A DNA stretch of 36,923 bases from NCBI GenBank assembly GCA_944393455.1, contig CALYAH010000140.1, forward strand, positions 1 through 36,923. Reading direction: 5' to 3'. Under the pieces are notes generated by a model. The model was not told the DNA's origin, ran no database searches, and saw nothing but the letters and a program-made list of their open reading frames with translations. Below are positions 27,232 through 35,546 of the stretch, in pieces. This DNA comes from an uncultured Clostridia bacterium. Lineage in GTDB: Bacteria; Bacillota; Clostridia; TANB77; CAG-508. The first letter of the stretch is position 1. The number at the start of each line of letters is the position of its first letter. Position numbers and translations under genes: made by a program.

Positions 27232-28116
27232 CTATTTTATATCTTCTTCTCTTTCTAAATTTGCTTTTTGTTTATAAAACTCTACCATTTTAGACAATAT
27301 TTCTAGTTCCTCTAGATTAGCAGGTCTTTTTTTTCTCTTTTTATATAACTCTTTTATTCTATCTAATTGTTCTCTATCTGTCTTTCTTCTTTTCTCATAT
27401 TCTTTACATTTTTCCATTGCTTCTATTGCATTTTTATATTTTTTTATTTTGTCTCTACTATCATATACTTTTATTGGTGGTTTTTGCTCATTTTCTCCTC
27501 TTCTATATATTTCTATTTTATTTACATTTTCTATTTTTTCTAATTCTTCCATTGTCTCATATATTTTTATTTCGGAGTCTTTTATAAAATTTATTGTTGT
27601 AAATCGTGGAAATTCTTTTTCTTCTATCTGTTTCTCATATCTTTCTTGAGAAGAAATTATGCATTCTTCTAATGAAGTTGCTATTAATAACACATCTACA
27701 CTATATCCATTTGGAATAAATTTATTATTAATAAAATTTATCATCAAATCTTTTTGACGAAGCGAAGTATTAATAATGATATTTTTTCTATTTTTCAATG
27801 AATATTCTAATATTTCACTAGCAACATTATTACAAAAATCACAAGATAATTCCACCATCTCACTTGTTGGTACCTCATTATTTTGAGTAAAAATTGGTGA
27901 ATATTTTCTATATTCATCTACATCAATTACAACATATTCACTTTCTTTGTTTTGCTGTAATACAAAATCACATAGACCTGTTTTTCCCGCTCCAGGAACT
28001 CCACCTAACAAAACCACTTTTGGTGTTAAATCATTTTGTTTACTGTCTACTAATTGATTTTTTAATGTTTCTATTATGTACTTTTCATCAACTTGTCTTT
28101 TGTAAAACTCTTCCAT
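27232..28116 (-). CDS. Zeta/PezT-like P-loop kinase with a long K/E-rich coiled C-terminus
   Basis: Walker A VVLLGGVPGAGKTG, YVVIDVDEYRKYSP (zeta-type DxD-x-Y-R) and IIINTSLRQKD (T-x-R). The ATG at 28116 is preferred; the track start at 28149 is a TTG. Confidence 0.7.
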   Translation of the reverse strand: MEEFYKRQVDEKYIIETLKNQLVDSKQNDLTPKVVLLGGVPGAGKTGLCDFVLQQNKESEYVVIDVDEYRKYSPIFTQNNEVPTSEMVELSCDFCNNVASEILEYSLKNRKNIIINTSLRQKDLMINFINNKFIPNGYSVDVLLIATSLEECIISSQERYEKQIEEKEFPRFTTINFIKDSEIKIYETMEELEKIENVNKIEIYRRGENEQKPPIKVYDSRDKIKKYKNAIEAMEKCKEYEKRRKTDREQLDRIKELYKKRKKRPANLEELEILSKMVEFYKQKANLEREEDIK

Positions 28117-28996
28117 GTTTCTTACCCTTCTTTTTATAAAAGTTTTCAATTGCTTTTACATTTTTACCAAATTCTTGCAAAATTGGTATTGTTGTTTCTA
28201 TTGGTGTATTTGTCAACATTTTCATTTGATCTTCATCTTTTGTTACAAGGCATTGTACAATTTTTCTTACTTCTTTGCTATCATTTTCTGTACCTAATAA
28301 CTGCATTGCAGCTTCTATTTGATTTTCCGGCATATCAATTTCATTCCAATTGCAATAATTTCTTAAATTTTGTAAGAATTTGTTGGTTGAATAAAAACAA
28401 TTTTCATATATTGTATCTTTCGGCATTTCATCATGGCTAAAAGTAAATTCGCAATTTTCTCCATCTACTTCCCATGTTAAATACCTATATTCTCTTTTTC
28501 TTAACATATCAATACAGTAATTTAGACCCTCGTGTGTATTTAAAATATCATCAATCGTATACCTCACAGTCTTAAATCTTCCAATGCAGTCTTCCCCATC
28601 TACAATTCTATATCTTTTAGCATATGAATATTTGTGCGTTACCGGTAAAAAGTCATCTAATTGACTTTCTTGATGAATCATAGCATGTATTAGAAAATTT
28701 TTGTCTTTTGTAGAAATATTGTGATTTACTGGACCAACTAGGCAACTGTAATTAACTCCGATGTCTTTTGTTGTTAATTTTCGCGACAATTTAGCTAAAA
28801 ATTTTTCAAAATCTCGTATTTGTTTTGACGTTACTTTTGTAGATACTGCTCGTATATCATAATCATTATCTGCTCTTTCTTGATAATCATCAAATGCCAT
28901 GGATCCCACTACAAAGATTGATTTTATTTTTTCATCATCTTTGAAATACCTTCTAAATTCGTTATCTACTATACTGGCTATTTTTTTAATTTCCAT
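28088..28996 (-). CDS. Pol-beta superfamily nucleotidyltransferase-domain protein (302 aa)
   Basis: IFVVGSMAFDDYQERADNDYDIRAV fits hhhGS-x(n)-DxD. AGGAG SD lies 9 nt upstream. The stop overlaps the downstream kinase gene by 29 nt. Confidence 0.7.
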   Translation of the reverse strand: MEIKKIASIVDNEFRRYFKDDEKIKSIFVVGSMAFDDYQERADNDYDIRAVSTKVTSKQIRDFEKFLAKLSRKLTTKDIGVNYSCLVGPVNHNISTKDKNFLIHAMIHQESQLDDFLPVTHKYSYAKRYRIVDGEDCIGRFKTVRYTIDDILNTHEGLNYCIDMLRKREYRYLTWEVDGENCEFTFSHDEMPKDTIYENCFYSTNKFLQNLRNYCNWNEIDMPENQIEAAMQLLGTENDSKEVRKIVQCLVTKDEDQMKMLTNTPIETTIPILQEFGKNVKAIENFYKKKGKKHGRVLQKTS

Positions 28997-29195
28997 AACT
29001 TATATCTCCTTTTTTCTTGATGCTATATTATATTAGGACAAGGATAATATTATGACTATTTTGTATAAATTTTTCTATTTCTTATTTTTTTATTTATAAA
29101 ATATTAAAGTTTTCTTAATAAAATATATTTCATTATTATCTATGTTATAGTTTAGTTAATCATTTAGTACAGGTATATTGGGGGTAACTATATAT

Positions 29196-30146
29196 ATGAA
29201 AAATAAGAATAAAAAGAAAAGAATAAATGGTGTAAAAATCTTTTTAATCATATTAATATTGGGAATCTTTTTTATTTATTTGGTAATGCAACCAGAAAAT
29301 TTTAGAAATGCCAAAAATCAGATTAGGATGTTATTATTCGAAAATTCAATAGAGGGCTCTTATAATGCAAAATCTTTGCTATTAGTTGACCTTTCAAATG
29401 ATAATGTTTTTATTTCTAAAAAAGAGAAAGAAAAGCATGTTCCTGCTAGTTTAGCAAAATTGTTTGTTATTGAATATGCAACAACACTTGCAGATTTAGA
29501 TAGCATAGTCTTTGCTAACAACGAAGCTATTTCTTTAACCAAACCTGGCTCATCTGTTGCAAACATCAAAGAAACTAAGTATTTTATGCACAATTTGTTT
29601 GCTGCAATGTTAATACCTTCTGGGAATGATGCAGCTTACGTAGTTGCTGATTATTGTGGTAGTATTCTTTCTCCCAAATCAAAAACTAGTAAAGAACGTA
29701 TCAATGTCTTTATGAAAAATTTAAATAGTTACTTGAAAGACAAAGGCTATAAAGATACAATTTTATATGACCCAAGTGGATTTGATACAGAAGCACGCAC
29801 AACTGCATTAGACCTAAAAAAAGTTGTAGAAAAATTATTAGAAAATCAATGGTTTAGAGACATTGTATCTCAAAGTTCTTACACAGCAACTTTACCAAAT
29901 GGTAGTACTCAAACTTGGAAAAATACAAATACTTTTCTTGACCCTACATCAGACTATTATAATAAAAATGTAATAGGAATTAAAACTGGTTCTTTATCTG
30001 ATGATTATAACTTAATAGTACTTTATCAAATGTATGGAAAAGAATTTTTAATTTGTAGTTTAGTCTCTCAATCAGATACTTCTCGATATGATGATGTTAA
30101 TTATATTATTCAAACAATAAATGAATCAGACTATTTAAAGAAATAA
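29196..30146 (+). CDS. serine-type D-Ala-D-Ala carboxypeptidase (S11, PBP5-like)
   Basis: SxxK (PASLAKLF), SxN (PSGNDAA) and KTG (IKTGSL) motifs, with an N-terminal membrane anchor. The ATG at 29196 is preferred over the TTG at 29178. Confidence 0.85.
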   Translation: MKNKNKKKRINGVKIFLIILILGIFFIYLVMQPENFRNAKNQIRMLLFENSIEGSYNAKSLLLVDLSNDNVFISKKEKEKHVPASLAKLFVIEYATTLADLDSIVFANNEAISLTKPGSSVANIKETKYFMHNLFAAMLIPSGNDAAYVVADYCGSILSPKSKTSKERINVFMKNLNSYLKDKGYKDTILYDPSGFDTEARTTALDLKKVVEKLLENQWFRDIVSQSSYTATLPNGSTQTWKNTNTFLDPTSDYYNKNVIGIKTGSLSDDYNLIVLYQMYGKEFLICSLVSQSDTSRYDDVNYIIQTINESDYLKK

Positions 30147-30190
30147 TACTTTATGAATTAGATAAATATGATATATATTATCGAGATATA

Positions 30191-30229
30191 GAAAAAACAA
30201 CTTACAAACTTCTTAGTTCGTAAGTTGTT
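30191..30229 (-). terminator. terminator after the tRNA-Gly pair; may also stop the convergent carboxypeptidase gene
   Basis: 10-bp stem AACAACTTAC/GTAAGTTGTT (30196-30205 and 30220-30229), with a T5 run on the minus strand. Confidence 0.75.
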
Positions 30230-30235
30230 CTAATT

Positions 30236-30309
<74 letters not shown>

Positions 30310-30342
30310 ATATAAATATAAATTTATAATTGTCAGGAATTT

Positions 30343-30416
<74 letters not shown>

Positions 30417-30440
30417 AGTTTCTCCTCCTGACAATTATAG

Positions 30441-30469
30441 ATTATAAATATTTTTTCTTCTTTTGTCAA
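30441..30469 (-). promoter_or_regulatory. consensus promoter of the tRNA-Gly pair
   Basis: Minus strand has TTGACA (30469-30464), a 17-nt spacer, then TATAAT (30446-30441). Confidence 0.8.
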
Positions 30470-30532
30470 TACTATTTCTAAACTTTTTTATTTATTTTTT
30501 TAATAAATTTGTTTTGCTTTTGCAATATAATT

Positions 30533-31606
30533 TTATTTTTCAATTTCCTTATTTTTTGTTTTTGGAGTACGAGTATTATTAGATTGCTTATTACTCATTA
30601 CTTTTGGTACTTTTACTTTTGGTACATTTGGCAATATTGCTTTGTTTTTTCTTTTTTGTTTTTTACCCCTAAACTTATTTGCATTAATATGACTTTCAAT
30701 CACTTTAGAAGTTCTGTGTATCCATCTATTAGCTTTATTCATATCTCTTGGAACAATTACAGCCTTTCCTATATTACTTTTGGTTGCATATTCTTGTATT
30801 TGACTGATTAATTCTGGGTCTGAATTCCCCATAATAGCTGCAACCATTCCATCATCAATCGCCTGTTTAAACATAGAAACATCATTATATCCATTTCCTA
30901 CACAAATATAGCCATATTCTGGTTTAAAATATCCAGCAATTGCTTTTACCATTTTACCTTTACTAATATTTTTAGGTGCTATATCTAACCTATAATTTCC
31001 TTGACCTTTTTTAGGAAATTTTGTAGCATCCATATCAGTCCAAAATCCTAATGTCTCTGCATATTTACTCATTTCTTCCATTTCTTTTTTAGTTCCTGCT
31101 AAAGTTATTTTTGTTATGTCTTTATTTTTTCTAAATTTGTCTTCTATTTTTGAATGCAACTTAGCAGTTTTACTATTTCTATAATACTCTTTAACTGTTT
31201 GCTCTTTTGATGCATGAATCTGATTCCCATCTGTATATCTTATTAGTTCTGATTTTCCTCCCATATCAATAAAAGCCTTTAATATTTTAGTAGCTTTTTC
31301 ATTTTCTAATGTTCTTTTAATAATAAATTCATCCTTAACTGTAGAGTAAACTACTGCTCCATTATCACCTATTATTATTGGTGGTAACATTATGTTTCTT
31401 TTCTTAAAGTCTTCTTTTATATCTCCCACTGTTCTTCCTGTTATTGGCACTACCATTCCACCCATTTTTGTAATTAACTTTAGGGTGTTACTTAATTGTT
31501 GATCTTCTAAATTCAATGTTCCATCTTTGTCTGTAAACACAATAAACTTGGGCTTCTTAATTCCTTTTATATTTAATTTTTTATTTTCTCTTTTATTTTT
31601 TCTCAA
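30533..31606 (-). CDS. HAD-superfamily (Cof-type) phosphatase with a basic C-terminal tail
   Basis: VFTDKDGTLN (DxDxT), PITGRT and GNGYNDVSMF motifs. The start is uncertain: the TTG at 31606 sits 8 nt after AGGAG, while the ATG at 31642 lies only ~7 nt from the predicted transcription start. Confidence 0.8.
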   Translation of the reverse strand: MRKNKRENKKLNIKGIKKPKFIVFTDKDGTLNLEDQQLSNTLKLITKMGGMVVPITGRTVGDIKEDFKKRNIMLPPIIIGDNGAVVYSTVKDEFIIKRTLENEKATKILKAFIDMGGKSELIRYTDGNQIHASKEQTVKEYYRNSKTAKLHSKIEDKFRKNKDITKITLAGTKKEMEEMSKYAETLGFWTDMDATKFPKKGQGNYRLDIAPKNISKGKMVKAIAGYFKPEYGYICVGNGYNDVSMFKQAIDDGMVAAIMGNSDPELISQIQEYATKSNIGKAVIVPRDMNKANRWIHRTSKVIESHINANKFRGKKQKRKNKAILPNVPKVKVPKVMSNKQSNNTRTPKTKNKEIEK

Positions 31607-31655
31607 CTTTTCATCTCCTAAGACTTTAAAACTACAATACATAGTTTACATATTT

Positions 31656-31684
31656 ATTATAGTTGTTTTTTTCTTTTGTGTCAA
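31656..31684 (-). promoter_or_regulatory. consensus promoter of the HAD gene
   Basis: Minus strand has TTGACA (31684-31679), a 17-nt spacer, then TATAAT (31661-31656). Confidence 0.75.
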
Positions 31685-31697
31685 TTTTTTTTACTAT

Positions 31698-31737
31698 TTT
31701 AAAAAAAATCACCTCATATTTTACTATGAAGTGATTT
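31698..31737 (-). terminator. rho-independent terminator after pyrG
   Basis: 12-bp stem AAATCACTTCAT/ATGAGGTGATTT (one G-U pair), followed by T8 on the minus strand. Confidence 0.8.
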
Positions 31738-31743
31738 TCTTTA

Positions 31744-33342
31744 TTATTTCTTAGCTGCTTTTATTAATCCGACAAATAATGGAGCTGGTCTATTAGGTCT
31801 AGATTTTAACTCTGGATGGAATTGACCTGCTATAAAGTATGGATGATCTTCTAATTCTACAATTTCTACTAATAGTCCATCTGGCGATGTTCCTGAAACT
31901 TTTAATCCTGCCTCTTCCAATTTTTGTCTATAATCATTATTATATTCATATCTATGTCTATGTCTTTCTGATATTTCATTAGTTCCGTATACTTTCTTAG
32001 CCAAACTTCCTTCTTTTATTACACAAGGGTACGCCCCTAAACGCATTGTTCCACCTTTTTTATCTATTCCCTTTTGTTCTTCCATTATATGAATAACTGG
32101 ATTTTTTGTATTTTCATCTAGTTCAGCCGAATTAGCATCTTTTAAATTTAATACATTTCTTGCAAATTCTACAACTGCCATTTGCATTCCCAAACATATT
32201 CCCAAAAATGGAACTTTATTTTCCCTAACATAACGAATCGTTTCTATTTTTCCTTCAATTCCTCTGTTTCCAAATCCGCCAGGTACGACGATTCCATCAT
32301 ATTTAGAAAGTTTATCTTTTACATTTTCTTTATTTATCGTTTCTGAATCTACTAAATCTACTTTGACTTTTACATGGTTAGCAAATCCTGCATGATATAA
32401 ACTTTCAATTACAGAAATATAAGAGTCCTCTAATTTTATATATTTTCCAACAATTGCTATGTTAACTACATTTTCTTTATCTATATTTCTAATATCATCT
32501 ATCATTTCTTGCCATTTTGAATTATCTGGAATATAATTATCTAATTTTAGATGGTTACAAACTTCTCTTGCTAATCCCTTTTCTTCTAACATTAATGGGA
32601 CTGCATATAAGCAATCTGCTGTTTTATTTTCAATAACACTTGTTTTTCTTACATTACAAAATAATGATAATTTTTCTCTTACACTATCTGGTATATCTGT
32701 TTCTGTTCTGCACACTAAAATGTTTGGTTTAATTCCAAATCCTTGTAATTCTTTTACAGAATGTTGTGTTGGTTTTGATTTTATTTCATTTGAACCTGCT
32801 ATATATGGTAATAACGTTACATGAATATATATAACATCCTCTGGATCTTTTTCTAAACCAACTTCTCTAATAACTTCTATAATAGAAAGCCCTTAAATAT
32901 CTCCTACTGTTCCTCCAACTTCTGTAATTACAATATCTGTATCGGTTTCTTCGAATCCATAAATTCTTTCTTTTATTTCATTTGTTATATGAGGAATTAC
33001 TTGTACAGTTTTTCCTAAGTATTCGCCCTTTCTTTCTTTTTCAATTACACTAGAATATACTTTTCCCATTGTTACACTAGAATTATGAGTTAGATTTTCA
33101 TCAATAAATCTTTCATAATGTCCTAAATCTAAATCTGTTTCTGCTCCATCATCTGTTACAAAAACTTCTCCATGTTCATATGGGTTCATTGTTCCTGGGT
33201 CTACATTAATATAAGGATCAAATTTTTGTATTGTTACCTTATATCCTCTGTTTTTCAATAGTCTCCCTAGCGATGCAGCTGTAATTCCTTTTCCTAGTCC
33301 TGATACGACTCCTCCTGTTACAAATATGTACTTTGTGTTCAT
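31744..33342 (-). pseudogene. pyrG: CTP synthase interrupted by one in-frame TAA (codon 150)
   Basis: [20 protein letters not shown]...[26 protein letters not shown]...KSKPTQHSVKEL...GICLGMQ...RHRHRYE. Both track ORFs (32893-33342 and 31744-32715) and the segment between them are in one frame. The TAA at 32895-32893 replaces the Glu of the conserved GGTVGDIE motif. Confidence 0.9.
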
Positions 33343-33362
33343 GTTTTCCTCCTTTTATTTAT

Positions 33363-33462
33363 AAACCGACAAAAACAAAAAAAGATTTAAAAATCACCTA
33401 CAAAAAAATTCGGTTTTTTTTAAATCTATTTCTATTTTACCACTTATTTTCATATTTTACAA
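33363..33462 (-). promoter_or_regulatory. pyrG promoter plus a leader with a terminator-like hairpin (candidate attenuator)
   Basis: TTGTAA (33462-33457)-17-TAAAAT (33439-33434). The leader hairpin AGATTTAAAAA/TTTTTAAATCT (33427-33417 and 33393-33383) is followed by TTTTTTTGTTTTTG. It interleaves with a second complementary pair, AAACCGA (33416-33410) and TCGGTTT (33369-33363). Confidence 0.5.
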
Positions 33463-33542
33463 GTATTTTTATAATATTTGTATTTTTTCTTATTTATTGT
33501 TATACTAACACTAGATTTTAAATTTAAAAGGAGGAATTGTTT

Positions 33543-34265
33543 ATGCCAACACCACATAATGAAGCAAAAATAGATGAAATTGCAAAAACTGTAATTATGC
33601 CAGGAGACCCCATGCGCGCTAAATATATTGCTGAAAACTTTCTCGAGAACTACAAATTAGTTAACAAAGTAAGAGGTATGTATGCTTATACGGGAAAATA
33701 TAACGGAAAAGAAATCACTGTTATGGCATCTGGTATGGGAATGCCAAGTATGGGAATTTATTGTTACGAATTATATAAATTTTATAATGTTGAAAATATT
33801 ATTAGAATTGGTTCTTGTGGAAGTTACAAACCTGAATTAAAATTATTTGACATTATTCTAGCTGACCAAGTTTTTAGTGAAGGAAATTTTGCTTTAACTT
33901 TAAATAATGATAACTGTCACATAGCCAATGCTAGTTCTGAATTAAATAATATTGTAGAGGAAACTGCAAAAGAAAATAACATTTCTATTGTAAAAGGTAA
34001 TACAGTTTGTACAGATTGCTTTGATGTTTATATGACTGACGTAAATCAATTTTTAAATAGAGTCCCAAACAACTTTAACCCTGTTAGTGCAGAAATGGAG
34101 GCTTTTGCCCTATTTTACGTTGCTAAAGTGTTAAATAAAAAAGCTTGTTGTTTAATGAGTGTTGTAGATTCTAAATATATAAAAGACATTGCAACACCTG
34201 AGGAAAGAGAATCTGGATTAAATAATATGATAAAACTTGCTTTAGATAGTAGTTTAAAATTCTAA
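33543..34265 (+). CDS. deoD: purine nucleoside phosphorylase DeoD-type
   Basis: MPTPHNEAKIDEIAKTVIMPGDPMRAKYIAENFLE...GMGMPSMGIY..IRIGSCG...EMEAFALF. The ATG at 33543 lies 8 nt after GGAGG. Confidence 0.93.
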   Translation: MPTPHNEAKIDEIAKTVIMPGDPMRAKYIAENFLENYKLVNKVRGMYAYTGKYNGKEITVMASGMGMPSMGIYCYELYKFYNVENIIRIGSCGSYKPELKLFDIILADQVFSEGNFALTLNNDNCHIANASSELNNIVEETAKENNISIVKGNTVCTDCFDVYMTDVNQFLNRVPNNFNPVSAEMEAFALFYVAKVLNKKACCLMSVVDSKYIKDIATPEERESGLNNMIKLALDSSLKF

Positions 34266-34270
34266 TAAAA

Positions 34271-34310
34271 AAATAAAAAGATGGCAAAATGTCATCTTTT
34301 TATTTTTTTA
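34271..34310. terminator. bidirectional terminator between the convergent deoD and greA
   Basis: 8-bp stem AAAAGATG/CATCTTTT (34276-34283 and 34293-34300) with T-runs on both strands. It overlaps the last greA codons. Confidence 0.7.
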
Positions 34311-34776
34311 TTGATAAAATTTTATATTTCATTACTCCCGCTGGTGCATTTACTTCTACCACTTTATTTTTCTTTGCTCCAAGTAAAGCTGCACCTAGTG
34401 GTGATTCATTTGATATTTTATTTTCTGCTAAATTTACTTCTGTTGAACCAACTATTGTATATTCAATTTTTTCATCAAATTCCATATCTAAAACTTTTAC
34501 AGTGTTTCCAACTTGAACAGTTTCTGTATCAATATCTTTTTCATCTATAATTTTTGCATGTCTTATTTTATTTTCTAACTCTGCTATTTTCATTTCGTTT
34601 TCAGCTTGTGATGTTTTTGCTTCATCATATTCTGAGTTTTCAGATAAATCTCCAAATCCTAATGCTACTTTGATTCTATCTGCTATCTCTGCTCTTTTTT
34701 CTGTTCTTAGATATTCTAACTCCTGCTCTAATCTATTATATCCTTCTTGTGTTAATAAAACTTCTTTTTCTTCCAT
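34300..34776 (-). CDS. greA: transcription elongation factor GreA
   Basis: LTQEGYNRLEQELEYLRTEKRAEIADRIKVALGFGDLSENSEYDEAK is the canonical GreA coiled coil, followed by a C-terminal FKBP-like domain. Confidence 0.95.
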   Translation of the reverse strand: MEEKEVLLTQEGYNRLEQELEYLRTEKRAEIADRIKVALGFGDLSENSEYDEAKTSQAENEMKIAELENKIRHAKIIDEKDIDTETVQVGNTVKVLDMEFDEKIEYTIVGSTEVNLAENKISNESPLGAALLGAKKNKVVEVNAPAGVMKYKILSIKK

Positions 34777-34827
34777 TGTTTATTTCTCCTCTCTTTCGGT
34801 TAATGACCATTAGAAAAATCATTTTCT

Positions 34828-34856
34828 ATATTACGGTAAAAAATGAAATTTGTCAA
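34828..34856 (-). promoter_or_regulatory. greA promoter
   Basis: Minus strand has TTGACA (34856-34851), a 17-nt spacer, then TAATAT (34833-34828). Confidence 0.65.
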
Positions 34857-34923
34857 GCAAATCTCATTTTTATTTTACTATTTTATTTATTTTTGTTAAA
34901 AGTATAACTTTTTTTATATTATT

Positions 34924-35517
34924 TTAATCATTAATTAATTTTTTAGCACCCTTCATATAGTCCAATCCTGAAAAAATAGTTGCTACTGTTTGAACAATCA
35001 TCATAATTGTTACAATAAAGTTTAATACTAAATCGCCTCTTTGCAATCCTCCAAAAAAACATTCTCCAAATGCATTCAAATCTAGAAAAGCTAGTATAAT
35101 TGCTATCATTTGAGTTACAGTTTTTAATTTTCCCCATTTAGATGCCGCAATTACTTTTCCTCCTTTTTCTACTGCAACAAGTCGATATCCTGAAACCATA
35201 AACTCTCTTGCTAATACTATAATTGGTATCCACGCTGGTAATTTTTCCATTTCAACTAGCATTACCATAGCTGATAATACTAAGATTTTGTCTGCCAATG
35301 GGTCTAAAAATTTTCCAAAAGCTGTTACTTGATTATTTTTTCTTGCCAAATATCCATCTAATTTATCGGTTAAAGAAGCAATTATAAAAATAAAGTCAAT
35401 TATTAACCACTCTATTGGTATTCCTAAAAATCGCCCATCTATTCCAAAAAAAGGAATTATTACCATAATTGGCACTAGTATCATTCTAAACATCGTTAAT
35501 TTATTGGGTAAGTTCAT
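34924..35517 (-). CDS. pgsA: CDP-diacylglycerol--glycerol-3-phosphate 3-phosphatidyltransferase
   Basis: NKLTMFRMILVP... DKLDGYLARKNNQVTAFGKFLDPLADK is the CDP-alcohol phosphatidyltransferase motif DGxxARxxxxxxxxGxxxDxxxD. Confidence 0.93.
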   Translation of the reverse strand: MNLPNKLTMFRMILVPIMVIIPFFGIDGRFLGIPIEWLIIDFIFIIASLTDKLDGYLARKNNQVTAFGKFLDPLADKILVLSAMVMLVEMEKLPAWIPIIVLAREFMVSGYRLVAVEKGGKVIAASKWGKLKTVTQMIAIILAFLDLNAFGECFFGGLQRGDLVLNFIVTIMMIVQTVATIFSGLDYMKGAKKLIND

Positions 35518-35546
35518 TCTATTTTCCCCTTTCTTTGTTCCTTTTG

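Noticed and set aside
32893-32895. Stop-codon reassignment or programmed readthrough at the pyrG TAA
   Set aside because: TAA terminates several other genes I checked in the window at sensible positions, e.g. greA, pheS and the 53-aa ORF. A single GAA-to-TAA substitution or a read error is the simpler explanation.
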